Position numbers and translations under genes: made by a program. A model generated the notes under the pieces. That model was given only the letters and a program-made list of their open reading frames with translations, ran no database searches and was not told the origin of the DNA. This document shows positions 54,232 through 64,000 of a DNA stretch of 64,000 nucleotides, piece by piece (within the stretch, counting starts at the first letter, position 1; each line of letters begins with the position of its first letter). Location: assembly GCA_050293845.1 (NCBI GenBank), contig JBNKNM010000005.1, positions 13,417 through 77,416 of the forward strand, given 5' to 3'. The stretch comes from Pseudobacteriovorax sp. Its GTDB lineage: Bacteria > Bdellovibrionota_B > Oligoflexia > Oligoflexales > Oligoflexaceae.

Positions 54232-55050
54232 CTAACTTTTAAAACTATATTCTTCAGTTGGATATTCTGAGGCCTTAACCTCGGTAACGTAGGTGTCCAA
54301 TGCTTCCCGGGTAGCTCTTCCTAACTCAGCATACTTTTTAAGAAATTTGGGACAAAAATCCTCATTAAAGCCAAGCAGATCGTGCAATACGAGCACTTGA
54401 CCGTCAGTACCTGCTCCGGCACCAATACCAATAGTTGGAATGGTGAGAGCCTGCGTAATATCCTGAGCCAGTTCTGCAGGCAAAAGCTCTAGGACGATGG
54501 AAAAACAGCCAGCACCTTCCAAAGCTTTTGCAGCCTCGACAATACTTGTAGCAGCATCGCCGCGGCCCTGGACTTTATACCCACCTAATGCGTGAATCTT
54601 TTGCGGCGTGAGCCCTAAATGTCCCATAACCGGTATACCCGTTTTCGTGATTGACTCTACCTGGGGTAAAATCTCCAGTCCCCCCTCAACTTTGACAGCA
54701 TGGGCGCCTCCTTCTTGGACTAACCTAGCCGCATTGGCAATCGCCTGCTCCTGGGACACACGATACGACATAAAAGGCATGTCAGCAACTAACATTGGTC
54801 CTTTAAGACCACGGTTAACAGCAGCAACATGGTGCGTCATTACATCCATGCTCACCGGTATTGTATTTTCATATCCAAGAATGACATTTCCCATGGAGTC
54901 ACCGACTAGGACAACATCCATCTCTGTTTGGCTGATCAAATTGGCAAATGCCGCATCATAACAGGTAACCATGGCAATTTTTTGCCCGTCTGCTTTCATT
55001 TTCTGAAGTGTCCCTATGGACACTTTCATGTCCTGCCCTTGTTTACTCAA
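54232..55050 (-). CDS. panB: 3-methyl-2-oxobutanoate hydroxymethyltransferase
   Basis: TCYD, LVGDS, ADMPFMSY, VKVEGG, GHLGLTPQ, GIGAG..TDGQVLV. Start is 55050 (TTG) or 55029 (ATG). Confidence 0.96.
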   Translation of the reverse strand: MSKQGQDMKVSIGTLQKMKADGQKIAMVTCYDAAFANLISQTEMDVVLVGDSMGNVILGYENTIPVSMDVMTHHVAAVNRGLKGPMLVADMPFMSYRVSQEQAIANAARLVQEGGAHAVKVEGGLEILPQVESITKTGIPVMGHLGLTPQKIHALGGYKVQGRGDAATSIVEAAKALEGAGCFSIVLELLPAELAQDITQALTIPTIGIGAGAGTDGQVLVLHDLLGFNEDFCPKFLKKYAELGRATREALDTYVTEVKASEYPTEEYSFKS

Positions 55051-57785
55051 TGATCTAACCTCGTTATATATTGTCCCGTAATGGTACCAGATCGAAGTAG
55101 CTCTGCAACAGTTCCAGAAAATACAAGATCCCCGCCATCATCTGCGGCTTCAGGACCCAATTCTAAAACCCAATCAGCTGACTGAATGATGCCATGGTGG
55201 TGCTCTACTACAACTAGGGTATGCCCTGCAAGGAGCAACCTTTTAAACTGCTCAATCAGATACAAAACATCCTGATCGCTCAAACCCGTACTGGGTTCAT
55301 CAAATATAAACAATCTCGGCTCTTTATCTTTATTCTCCAATAAAAAGCTAAGAATTTTCAGTCTTTGTCCCTCACCGCCCGAAAACGAGCTAGTGTGCTG
55401 GCCAAGAGTCATATAGTCCATACCCAATTCAGCGACAAGATCTAATACCTTTTTAATCGCCAAATTGTCATAGAAAAACTCCTGGGCCTCCGAGACCGTC
55501 ATTTTTAGGATATCGAGAAGGTTTTTTTCCCGATATCTTATATTTAATACCGAACTTTGAAATCGCAACCCCTGACATTCAGGACATATGACTTCCATAT
55601 TACCTAAAAAAGACAGGTCTTCCTCTATCAACCCTAAACCTTTACAGGTTTCACACCTGCCACCAGCAACATTGAAACTAAAATAACCAGGAGATAGGTT
55701 TTGTGACCGTGCTTCAATTGTCTGACTAAATAATTTGCGCACCTCAGTAAAAATGCCCAAGTAAGTAGCTATATTGGACCGGCTAGACCGTCCCAGGCCC
55801 TCCTGTCCTACGAGAATCACATCCTTAAACCTTTTTACCAGCGATCGAGGTTCTAATGTCCCTTGCGGCTCATTTTCTCCAACCCAAGCTTTACCAATAA
55901 ACTGACATACTAAAGGATATAAGGTATGGCGAATCAAGCTGGTCTTGCCACTACCACTAACTCCACATACCACAGTCAGCGCCTGGGTTGGGATTTTAGC
56001 ATCGATACCCTTAAGATTGTGAATACTAGCTTGTGATATTGCAAGACATTCTTGGCGTTTGCAGCCTATGGGTTGCCATTTTATAGGAGCCGTAGCACTT
56101 TCCCATGGCGGTCCAGCATAGGAAACCTGCCCTCCCCTAAAGCCAGCCCCGGGACCAATCACCAGATGATTATCCGCACCACGAATCAACCCCAGTTCAT
56201 GCTCAACTATAACCACCGTATTGCCCTGATCCCGAAGTTCGCAGATGATATCTAATAAATTCTGACTATCGCGGGGATGGAGACCAGAACTTGGCTCATC
56301 AAGACAGAATAAGGTGTCTGTCAGATTGCTTCCCAAACTACGGGCTAAATTGATGCGCTGCACCTCTCCCCCAGACAATGTACGCGTGGGTCTTTCTAGA
56401 TTCAGATAATGAAGCCCAATTTTATTCAAGTAATAGAGCCTAGCCAGGGATTCATCAATAGCTTCAATCACCCCCATCGCATGGATCGCCAGCCGACCTT
56501 TGGGAGTGAATTTTTTTAAGGATTCCACCCACGAGGTCAAATCTTTTAGGGGCATTTGACCGACGGCTGCCATGTCCAGCTGTTCCAGTTTACAGGCTAA
56601 GCTTTCGGGCCTTAAGCGTTTCCCTTCACAGCTGGGACAGGTGCGATAGCTGTGAAAACGCGCTGCATGAATGCGATAATGAGCTTTGTACTTTTTCCGA
56701 TCAAGCCATGCAAAATAGCCCTCAATTCCTTTAAAGCGCCCTTTGCTGTCTCCCGAGTAAAGCCATTGCCACTCAGCTTTGCTATAATGGCTGAAACTTT
56801 TCTGCGGATCTAAGCCACGTTCTGCTGCGCTTTTTATAGCCAGGCTGTAGTAGGAGCGATGCTTACCAAAATTCCAAGCCGCTACTCCTTCATTATCCAA
56901 AGAACGAGAAAGGTCTGGCACTACTTTATCACGATCAAGTATCGGTACCCTGCCAAAACCTTGACATTGCTCACAAGCTCCTATGGGATTATTGAAGTTG
57001 AATAATTGCTGAGTAGGAGGTAGGTACAGCCTGCCACAATGATCGCAGTTCAGTTTGTTGGAGTAATTGATTTGCTGATTATCGACGCTGATCGTAAGGG
57101 TCCCATGTCCCAACTTTAGAGCTAAGTCACAAGCTTCAATCGTCCGCAAAAAATGATTTTGATCCGATTTTAAGCGGCTAACAATAATATATGAATCCTT
57201 GAGTTTACTAGCAGGTAAATCTTCAATGCTTTGCACTTCTTGATTAACAAAAGCACGAGTAAATCCCTGACTAAACAATTGCTGCTTCAATTCGGCAGCT
57301 TTTAGTTTGATAAGGTGAGGCAATCGCGCCATGATGAGGATGCCTTCACCAGGAAACTTCGTATGAATATTGTTGGCAATAGATTTAGCATCGTGCTGTA
57401 TTACAACCTGCTCACAGCAATAAACCTCTGATAGATGAGAGAAAATAATTCTCATCAAATCCAATAACTCCGTCATAGTACCAACTGTAGATCTATTGGA
57501 TTGCCCGGCACGACTCTGGCGAACCGCAATGGATGCCGGTAAATTTTCTACGAAATCCAATTCAGGCTTGGGCAGGGCCTTCATATATTGCCTGGCAAAA
57601 CTAGAAAGGCTTTCCACGTAGCGCCTATATGATTCTCCGTATAGGGTATCAAACACTAGCGAACTTTTCCCCGATCCACTTTTTCCTGTAACTACAGTGT
57701 ACTTGCCAATGGGAAAACTCACATCAATAGATTTCAGATTATTTGTTCTGACTCCTTTTAAAGTAAGATATTCCGCATTTGCCAT
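55047..57785 (-). CDS. uvrA: UvrA-family excinuclease ATPase, probably a secondary paralogue
   Basis: NNLK.I, GKSGSGKSSL.FDTLY.E..RRYVESLS, LSGGE.QRI.LA, second Walker A GVSGSGKTSL, FSFN..GGRCE.C.G. Confidence 0.9.
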   Translation of the reverse strand: MANAEYLTLKGVRTNNLKSIDVSFPIGKYTVVTGKSGSGKSSLVFDTLYGESYRRYVESLSSFARQYMKALPKPELDFVENLPASIAVRQSRAGQSNRSTVGTMTELLDLMRIIFSHLSEVYCCEQVVIQHDAKSIANNIHTKFPGEGILIMARLPHLIKLKAAELKQQLFSQGFTRAFVNQEVQSIEDLPASKLKDSYIIVSRLKSDQNHFLRTIEACDLALKLGHGTLTISVDNQQINYSNKLNCDHCGRLYLPPTQQLFNFNNPIGACEQCQGFGRVPILDRDKVVPDLSRSLDNEGVAAWNFGKHRSYYSLAIKSAAERGLDPQKSFSHYSKAEWQWLYSGDSKGRFKGIEGYFAWLDRKKYKAHYRIHAARFHSYRTCPSCEGKRLRPESLACKLEQLDMAAVGQMPLKDLTSWVESLKKFTPKGRLAIHAMGVIEAIDESLARLYYLNKIGLHYLNLERPTRTLSGGEVQRINLARSLGSNLTDTLFCLDEPSSGLHPRDSQNLLDIICELRDQGNTVVIVEHELGLIRGADNHLVIGPGAGFRGGQVSYAGPPWESATAPIKWQPIGCKRQECLAISQASIHNLKGIDAKIPTQALTVVCGVSGSGKTSLIRHTLYPLVCQFIGKAWVGENEPQGTLEPRSLVKRFKDVILVGQEGLGRSSRSNIATYLGIFTEVRKLFSQTIEARSQNLSPGYFSFNVAGGRCETCKGLGLIEEDLSFLGNMEVICPECQGLRFQSSVLNIRYREKNLLDILKMTVSEAQEFFYDNLAIKKVLDLVAELGMDYMTLGQHTSSFSGGEGQRLKILSFLLENKDKEPRLFIFDEPSTGLSDQDVLYLIEQFKRLLLAGHTLVVVEHHHGIIQSADWVLELGPEAADDGGDLVFSGTVAELLRSGTITGQYITRLDH

Positions 57786-57893
57786 TCTAGATGCTCCTCT
57801 GTGATCAGAAAACCTATGATATAATGCTTAACATCCCATGCATACAAGATCCATTCTAAGAGCGCTCCTAGGAGCGAACGCCGGAGAGAAAAA

Positions 57894-58346
57894 ATGCCAT
57901 TTAAAAAGCCGGTTATAAAGGTAGTTTTACTAGTGATATTAGCTTTTTTGGGTGCAGTGATTTTTGCTGTCAGTCAGTATACTTACCATTTAGTATCCTC
58001 CCAAATCCCCCAAATGAAAGAGGAAAAAACCATGGTGCTAGCTGCCCCCCCCTTGTTCTACAGCGAAATTGGCAAAAGTCATCTGCATGAGCGAAGCGCT
58101 AAGTCTATAAAGCTACCCAGTTACACTGTAGAAATAGATTCCTTTGCAAGTGAGACCTTAGCCCAGAAGAAGGTTCGGGAGCTAAGCCAAAAGGGAATTG
58201 ACTGTTTCTATACACCTTTCAACCAGCAAGGCATTGTCGTGTTCCGTGTAAGAAGTGGTATGTATGCAAATTTAGCACTGGCAAAAAAACAGAGGCAGTT
58301 TCTAGCAAAGGAATTGAAAATATCGGGACAGGTTACGAAGCTTTAA
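57894..58346 (+). CDS. SPOR-domain membrane-anchored protein
   Basis: N-terminal TM; YTVEIDSFAS...A......L...G; VFRVRSG.Y.....A. Confidence 0.75.
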   Translation: MPFKKPVIKVVLLVILAFLGAVIFAVSQYTYHLVSSQIPQMKEEKTMVLAAPPLFYSEIGKSHLHERSAKSIKLPSYTVEIDSFASETLAQKKVRELSQKGIDCFYTPFNQQGIVVFRVRSGMYANLALAKKQRQFLAKELKISGQVTKL

Positions 58347-58350
58347 CTTT

Positions 58351-58782
58351 TTATTGTTCAAAAGCTATATCGGAGGGTATAGGCATTTCACGATCCCATA
58401 CAACACCTTGGTGATTGAATTTCCAAAACTGGGGATGATTCATATGGATCATAAGACCCTTCAGTGCCGGGTTCACAAAATGGTTGAACTCAAGGCTGCC
58501 TTGATCTCTTTCACCCAATTTAAGCATTATAGTATCGTCGTTTTTACGTAGAAGCAAATTCCTCCCTTGCAGTTTCTCAATTTTCCACTTATTGGGTAAC
58601 TCTTGGCCTACTTTAAGATAGTAGATTTGATTCTTATATTTTAACACCGATACGTGATTTTCTGAGCGACTAGAAGCGATCAAGCCGATCCATCGAAGTT
58701 CTGGGAGTTGTGCACAAAAAACCCTGCTTTGATATAAGAGGAGCAGAATCGCACTTAATTTTAGAATGAACTCTCTCAACAT
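58351..58782 (-). CDS. Hypothetical exported protein, GspC/PilP-like beta domain
   Basis: Signal-like leader; L.WIGLI...V..L...Y.LKVG.EL...WKIEK....LLL pattern; ATG 58782 has an AGGTGG SD. Confidence 0.5.
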   Translation of the reverse strand: MLREFILKLSAILLLLYQSRVFCAQLPELRWIGLIASSRSENHVSVLKYKNQIYYLKVGQELPNKWKIEKLQGRNLLLRKNDDTIMLKLGERDQGSLEFNHFVNPALKGLMIHMNHPQFWKFNHQGVVWDREMPIPSDIAFEQ

Positions 58783-58845
58783 TAACCACCTTGAAAATCG
58801 TCCTCTCATTAAAGCTATAGTGAAGGTGACACTGAGATGCAAGGG

Positions 58846-59286
58846 CTATAGACTATGTTCATCTATTTTTTTGGTGCCGCTCCAAACTTCATCATATCCC
58901 GAATTTTCAAAATCAAATACCTCGCCCAAGCGCTCTCCATCCGGACTCAGCTCTTCAAGCATATCGATAATATCATCCTTGTCAAAATCCCAACCGCGGT
59001 ATTTTAAATACTCTTCTTTTACCCCCTTAGACCCTACCACTTTGAGATAGAACGGGATGTAGTCTGGCAAAAGTTCAGGATTTTCTATTTTTTCTCCCCT
59101 GGTGAGCTGGTAAAATAATACTTGATCTGAGCTTTTAGAATCTAGATCCTTACTTTCAAGCTCTGGGCTGGAAGATTCCCTGGCCTCTCCCACTTTTTCG
59201 GTTGTAGTACAAGCTATCCCTAGGATAGATATTAGGGTTCCTATGGCAGTTATAATGGTAGAGTGGGAACTGAGATATTTGTACAT
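58846..59286 (-). CDS. Hypothetical acidic lipoprotein
   Basis: Leader ending ILGIAC; AGGAGA SD. Confidence 0.65.
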   Translation of the reverse strand: MYKYLSSHSTIITAIGTLISILGIACTTTEKVGEARESSSPELESKDLDSKSSDQVLFYQLTRGEKIENPELLPDYIPFYLKVVGSKGVKEEYLKYRGWDFDKDDIIDMLEELSPDGERLGEVFDFENSGYDEVWSGTKKIDEHSL

Positions 59287-59324
59287 AGTTGTTTTGTCTC
59301 TCCTAGTTTAATATGGCCTTAAGA

Positions 59325-59351
59325 TATTCGGAAAAATATCAGGAAGTTTTA
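59325..59351 (-). promoter_or_regulatory. sigma28-like promoter of the 58846-59286 lipoprotein gene
   Basis: Minus strand TAAA-N15-TCCGAATA, about 40 nt upstream of the ATG. Confidence 0.55.
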
Positions 59352-59386
59352 GCACAAGACCGAATCGACGCAGGAAGTCCAATAGT

Positions 59387-61189
59387 ATGCAATCCACGAA
59401 TCTGATAAGAAATTTCTGTATTATTGCTCACATAGATCATGGCAAATCGACCTTGGCCGACAGGCTCATCGAGATGACAGGCTCCCTCACCAATAGAGAA
59501 ATGTCAGACCAAGTTCTCGATAATATGGATATCGAAAAAGAGCGGGGGATTACCATAAAGGCCCAGACTGCATCGATGCAGTACAAGGCCAAAGATGGCA
59601 ATACCTACCTCCTTAACCTAATAGATACCCCCGGTCATGTTGACTTCAGCTATGAAGTCTCCAGAAGTCTCGCCGCTTGTGAAGGGGCTTTGCTAGTGGT
59701 CGATGCGGCGCAAGGTGTGGAAGCTCAAACTGTGGCTAATGTCTATCTGGCTATTGAAAGTGATCTCGAAATTATTCCCATAGTCAATAAAATCGATCTA
59801 CCTGCAGCCGACCCTGATCGAGTCATGCTGCAGATAGAAGACGAATTGGGTATTGATTCTGCGGATGCAGTGGCCTGTAGCGCCAAAACAGGACAGGGTG
59901 TCGAAAGTATTTTAGAAGCTATAGTGCGCTTGATTCCACCACCAAAAGATCTCAACCAAAACCCTCTCAGAGCATTGATATTTGATAGCTGGTTTGATTC
60001 TTATCTTGGCGCTGTCTCCCTGATTCGGGTTATGGAAGGCCAAATCAGCAAAGGCGATCGGATGCAGATGATGTCCAGCGGCAAATCTTTCGAAGTGCTG
60101 CAAGTTTCCCAGCTCACCCCTAAACCTTTTCCTGTAAAAGAGCTTAGAACTGGAATGGTAGGAATAGTATCCGGTTCCATTAAATCAGTCTCAGAAACTA
60201 AGGTTGGTGATACCATCACCAATAAGAGCAATCCTGCCACCACTCCTCTTGCAGGCTTCCAAGAAGCCAAGCAGATGGTCTTCGGCGGAATATTCCCCAT
60301 TGATTCGAGCGATTATCAGAATCTTAAAGACTCTTTCGAAAAGCTCCTGCTTAACGATTCCTCTCTGACAATCGAACCTGAGTCCTCACAAGCCTTAGGC
60401 CTTGGCTTCCGCGTGGGTTTCCTAGGCCTGCTACATATGGACATTATTCAGGAGCGTTTGGAGCGGGAGTATGGTTTAGAGCTTATATTTACCGCGCCTA
60501 CTGTCGTCTACAAGGTTGCTTTAAAAGATGGCAGTACAGGAAATATTGAAAACCCTTCCAAACTCCCAGACCCCACTCTGATAGATTTTATTGAGGAGCC
60601 ATATTGCCAAATCACTATTCACACGCCCGAAGAGTTTATTGGCAACATCTTGAAAATATTGCAGGAAAAACGAGGTATTCAGAAAGATATCGAATACACG
60701 TCAGGTAATCGGGTCAAGATTATTTATGAGCTGCCCATGAATGAAATGATCTTCGATTTCCACGATAAATTAAAAAGCTTATCCCGCGGCTACGCTTCCA
60801 TGGATTACGAGCTTATGGATTACCGGCAAGGGGATCTTGTCAAAGTAGACATCCTTGTTAACGGCGATAAAGTTGATGCGCTGGCTCTCATCTGCCATCG
60901 CTCTCAAGCCCCCTATCGTGGTCGTAACCTATGTAAAAAACTGAAGGAAATTTTACCCCGACAGATGTTTCAGATCGCTATCCAGGCAGCTATTGGTGGG
61001 AAAATTATCGCCCGAGAAACCATCTCGGCCCTGCGCAAAGATGTAACAGCTAAGTGCTATGGGGGCGATGCCTCCCGCAAACGAAAGCTGCTCGAAAAAC
61101 AAAAAGAGGGTAAAAAGCGGATGAAACAGATTGGTAATGTGGAAATACCACAAAAGGCATTTCTTGCTATTCTTAAAATCGACGAATAG
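59387..61189 (+). CDS. lepA: Elongation factor 4
   Basis: [63 protein letters not shown]. Confidence 0.98.
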   Translation: MQSTNLIRNFCIIAHIDHGKSTLADRLIEMTGSLTNREMSDQVLDNMDIEKERGITIKAQTASMQYKAKDGNTYLLNLIDTPGHVDFSYEVSRSLAACEGALLVVDAAQGVEAQTVANVYLAIESDLEIIPIVNKIDLPAADPDRVMLQIEDELGIDSADAVACSAKTGQGVESILEAIVRLIPPPKDLNQNPLRALIFDSWFDSYLGAVSLIRVMEGQISKGDRMQMMSSGKSFEVLQVSQLTPKPFPVKELRTGMVGIVSGSIKSVSETKVGDTITNKSNPATTPLAGFQEAKQMVFGGIFPIDSSDYQNLKDSFEKLLLNDSSLTIEPESSQALGLGFRVGFLGLLHMDIIQERLEREYGLELIFTAPTVVYKVALKDGSTGNIENPSKLPDPTLIDFIEEPYCQITIHTPEEFIGNILKILQEKRGIQKDIEYTSGNRVKIIYELPMNEMIFDFHDKLKSLSRGYASMDYELMDYRQGDLVKVDILVNGDKVDALALICHRSQAPYRGRNLCKKLKEILPRQMFQIAIQAAIGGKIIARETISALRKDVTAKCYGGDASRKRKLLEKQKEGKKRMKQIGNVEIPQKAFLAILKIDE

Positions 61190-61203
61190 CTTTTTTTACT
61201 GTG

Positions 61204-62136
61204 TTAATTCCGTGACGTCGCGATAGTTTCCTGACGACTCTTTTCTAGGTCGAGTTCACTAGCTTTCCCAAGGTTTCTTACAGCTAGAAAGCTAGGGTAG
61301 AAGTTTTTTGCGGCAAAGCCAAATATCCGAGTCCGGTGTCGCTTTCTGATTTTGATATATGAATTTGTATTGTAACGCTTCATCGCCCGGACAATGCCAT
61401 TAATTCCATAATTATAAGCGGTAATCGCTAGAGGCCAAGATTTGGTCCGCCGATAATTTTCTTTCAGAATGCGAGCCGCTACCCTGGTTGCTTTCAAAGG
61501 GTCTACACGATCATCCCGGCGACGAGTGACTTTCATGAATGGCCTTGCCGTAGCCGGCATGAGCTGCCATAGCCCCCTTGCCCCGGCTTTTGATCTGGCT
61601 CGGTTATTAAAACCGCTCTCGAGGTGAGGCAAGTAAGCAATATCGAGGGGCAAACCCGCGTCCTTTAGGCTTTTGCGAATCATTCCCAGATACTTGACAG
61701 AACGTTTTAAGCTTTTTCTAAAATCCGTCGCTACCCCCCTTTGACAACGAATTCTTTGTGCAGCATGTCGATAGAAGCGTCCCCTATGACCTTTATCTTG
61801 TAGGACACCTTTGATTTTCTTTTCCAACCAAGTCTTAGGCTTGGACCCTTTTCTTAAGCGGCTCAGGGCAATTTTGATCTGCCGCTTCTGGGCTCTGATT
61901 TGCGAACGTGCCGCTCTACGGCTTTGGGGTAATTCTGTAACCCAGTAAATTACATCCAAATGTTTTGAATCATGATAAACACAGTGGTTGGCTTCATACT
62001 TAGAGAATATATCTTCCCAGAACTTTACATCTTTCGCCAGAGATTTTGGAGAATATAATCCATTAGTATCAAAGAAGATTCCTGCTACTGCAAGAGAAGA
62101 GTATGTAGACAGCAAGAACAAAAGGAATAATTTCAT
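61204..62136 (-). CDS. Lytic transglycosylase (SLT/MltD-like)
   Basis: LP.LESGF...A.S.AGA.GLWQLMP.TA, AITAYNYG, FYP.FLA; signal peptide. Confidence 0.9.
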   Translation of the reverse strand: MKLFLLFLLSTYSSLAVAGIFFDTNGLYSPKSLAKDVKFWEDIFSKYEANHCVYHDSKHLDVIYWVTELPQSRRAARSQIRAQKRQIKIALSRLRKGSKPKTWLEKKIKGVLQDKGHRGRFYRHAAQRIRCQRGVATDFRKSLKRSVKYLGMIRKSLKDAGLPLDIAYLPHLESGFNNRARSKAGARGLWQLMPATARPFMKVTRRRDDRVDPLKATRVAARILKENYRRTKSWPLAITAYNYGINGIVRAMKRYNTNSYIKIRKRHRTRIFGFAAKNFYPSFLAVRNLGKASELDLEKSRQETIATSRN

Positions 62137-62304
62137 GGAGCAGCCTTATCTTTGTCAACATGGCATTACTTCTATTTTCCAACTGTTTAGGCTCGATTGC
62201 TACGACTAGGTAATATTTGCGCATTTAAATGACATAACTAACTATTACGGAATCATTTCCAGCAAAGCGAAGCCCCTATTTTTAGGAAGAAATATGGGAT
62301 ATAT

Positions 62305-62331
62305 TTAACTTCCTCCTGAAAATTCCGATAT
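62305..62331 (+). promoter_or_regulatory. sigma28-like promoter
   Basis: TTAA-N15-TCCGATAT, 33 nt upstream of ATG 62365. Confidence 0.55.
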
Positions 62332-62364
62332 AACAAACATAGGTATTCTGTAGGAGGGAAGACA

Positions 62365-62601
62365 ATGGCTACTAAGAAAGTCTCTGCCCAACCCGTGTCG
62401 TCCTACTCTCAATTTGAGAAGTCTTTTGCGACGGCTAATAGGGTAGCAAAAATTAGAATTATGATAGCAAGCGGCACCATTGCCATTCTAGCAGCAGCAG
62501 TTTTGATCGGTGTGATTCTCTCCCTTGGCGAACTTAATGGTGACGTGCAAAAAGTATTTACCAACGAGGCGGCTATGGAGCAGCAAACGCTCTCAGAATA
62601 G
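62365..62601 (+). CDS. Small single-TM hypothetical protein
   Basis: AGGAGG SD, one hydrophobic segment, own candidate promoter. Confidence 0.65.
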   Translation: MATKKVSAQPVSSYSQFEKSFATANRVAKIRIMIASGTIAILAAAVLIGVILSLGELNGDVQKVFTNEAAMEQQTLSE

Positions 62602-62664
62602 GTGCTATCAGATGTCCCATAAACAAGAGGCAGATACTACATTCCTGCCCCCTAGGGCCTTCTA

Positions 62665-63432
62665 TTACCCAGCTATTCCAACTTTCTTGTCCTTCTTTAT
62701 ATTTTGATATACATGTTGAATCGCATTGATTAAGTCCAGCTGTTTAAAAGGTTTCGGAACCCAAGCTTTTACACTCGCTTCCTTAAGTTTTTCGATACTG
62801 AAATTCTTCTTTGACGATAGCATGATAACCGGAATATGGCTTCCCCTGTTCTTAAGTTCCATAGCCAACTCTAGCCCATCCATTTCTGGCATTTCATAGT
62901 CTGACACGATAATATCAATGCCGGGAAATCTTTCCACGCGCTGTAATGCTTGAGCACCGTTAAGAGCTTCTATAACTGTAAAACCATATTTCATCAGATT
63001 ATTTCTTATCACAAATCTCGTAGCCTTGGAGTCGTCAACAATGAGAACTTTACTGAATTCCTTTTCTAGATGGAGCTCCAAAATACCATCGACTATCGCA
63101 ATCAGTTCTGATGCTGTAAATGGCTTTTCAACGAGTTCTGTATGGGGGTCTAGCTTAATACTTTCGTCAAGGGTCTCTTTAAAACCAGTCATTAATATGA
63201 TGGGTACACGACTATCTAGACCTCGTATTTTTTTAATGAGGGTAAAGCCATCCATTTTAGGCATGATAAAATCTGTGATGATCAGATCGTATGATGTCTT
63301 GATAAACTTTTCATACCCCTCCCGTCCATCGGTCGCTTCATCTATCTCGACTTCAGCTTCCGCGTCTTGAATACACATCCGGCAAAACTCTGTAATATCT
63401 TCACTATCCTCTATAACCAGAATTTTCGGCAT
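62665..63432 (-). CDS. Tandem two-receiver-domain (CheY-like) response regulator
   Basis: VIEDS...ITDFIMP...TG...KPF, then IVDDS...SDYEMP...SS...KPF; no output domain. Confidence 0.9.
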   Translation of the reverse strand: MPKILVIEDSEDITEFCRMCIQDAEAEVEIDEATDGREGYEKFIKTSYDLIITDFIMPKMDGFTLIKKIRGLDSRVPIILMTGFKETLDESIKLDPHTELVEKPFTASELIAIVDGILELHLEKEFSKVLIVDDSKATRFVIRNNLMKYGFTVIEALNGAQALQRVERFPGIDIIVSDYEMPEMDGLELAMELKNRGSHIPVIMLSSKKNFSIEKLKEASVKAWVPKPFKQLDLINAIQHVYQNIKKDKKVGIAG

Positions 63433-63624
63433 AAAACCTCCCAGATGTATGAAATAAGTGATGGTCCTGTTAGTTTAATTATACTAGTTCAAAAAGGATT
63501 TTCATGTATATGCGAGAAGATATGTGTTTGCTTGCTATGACAGAAGTCGTAGTCGTTCTGTAGACAAAGCTTTCTGGGTGATTCAGATCTCTGCTGTAGT
63601 AAGGTTCAGTGCAGTCTTCAGCCA

Positions 63625-63662
63625 AAAAGCAAAACCCCGACTTATTTCTAAGCCGGGGTTTT
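63625..63662 (-). terminator. rRNA operon terminator
   Basis: Minus strand ACCCCGGCTTA-GAAA-TAAGTCGGGGT followed by TTTGCTTTTT, just downstream of the 5S gene. Confidence 0.85.
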
Positions 63663-63671
63663 TATATTTTA

Positions 63672-63787
63672 AGGCTGCATCGTGCTACTCTCCCACTCTT
63701 AAAAGAGCAGTACCATTGCCGCAGAGGAGCTTAGCTTCCGAGTTCGGGAAGGGATCGGGCGTTTCCTCCTCGCCATAGACACAGCCA
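63672..63787 (-). rRNA. rrf: 5S ribosomal RNA
   Basis: Reverse complement contains CCCGATCCCTTCCCGAACTCGGAAGCTAAG, ATGGTACTGC and GGGAGAGTAG; terminal helix GGCTGT/GCAGCC. Confidence 0.96.
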
Positions 63788-63892
63788 AACTAAGTTAGCT
63801 AGTTGGCTTAAGCAATTGAATAAGCTTGTAGATCAAATTATCGTTGAAGTCAACGCAATCCTTGGGTCTTTTAAGTAAGGAGAAGAGAGCGT

Positions 63893-64000
63893 TAAAATAA
63901 GCCTCACGGTCGATTAGTAATGGTCAGCTCCATGCATTACTGCACTTCCACCCCCATCCTATCAAAGTCCTAGTCTAGAACAGACCTTCAGAGGTAAACC
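63893..64000 (-). rRNA. rrl: 23S ribosomal RNA, 3' end (partial, continues beyond the window)
   Basis: Plus strand TAAGCCTCACGGTCGATTAGTA...CAGCTC...CCTATCAA matches the reverse complement of the conserved 23S 3' end; lies upstream of 5S. Confidence 0.93.

Noticed and set aside
63524..63778. 84-aa ORF over the end of the rRNA operon
   Set aside because: It is antisense to the 5S rRNA and its terminator.
63788..63892. tRNA in the 23S-5S spacer
   Set aside because: No cloverleaf or T-loop GTTC motif is visible.

Overview
A gene-dense chromosomal segment from a flagellated Gram-negative bacterium. The 7TM-DISM/CheA-like kinases, caspase-ECF module and general gene style suggest Oligoflexia/Bdellovibrionota or a related lineage (inference only). 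Most genes are housekeeping: metB-like, grxD, waaF-like, rimI, hup, HIT, gmhA, flagellin, rocF, tgt, a LIV-type ABC transporter, an orphan fliG, cinA-like, lpxK, phoBR-pstSCAB, ridA, ffh, miaB, ruvC, hemB, lolC/E, dnaJ, panB, a uvrA paralogue and lepA. The window ends in the 3' part of an rRNA operon on the minus strand (23S end, 5S, terminator). I saw no CRISPR array, tRNA, transposase or integrase. Two candidates stand out. (1) A solitary T4 gp19/eCIS-type tail-tube-like gene (32406-32876) with an apparent signal peptide and a shortened stacking loop, overlapping a Cys-rich lipoprotein gene, with no other phage or CIS genes in the window. (2) An operon (41157-44994) encoding an exported caspase-like protease with a probable beta-barrel tail, an ECF sigma factor and two paralogous single-pass anti-sigma-like proteins, which may be a protease-triggered trans-envelope signalling system. 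All family assignments come from reading motifs by eye; no searches were run.
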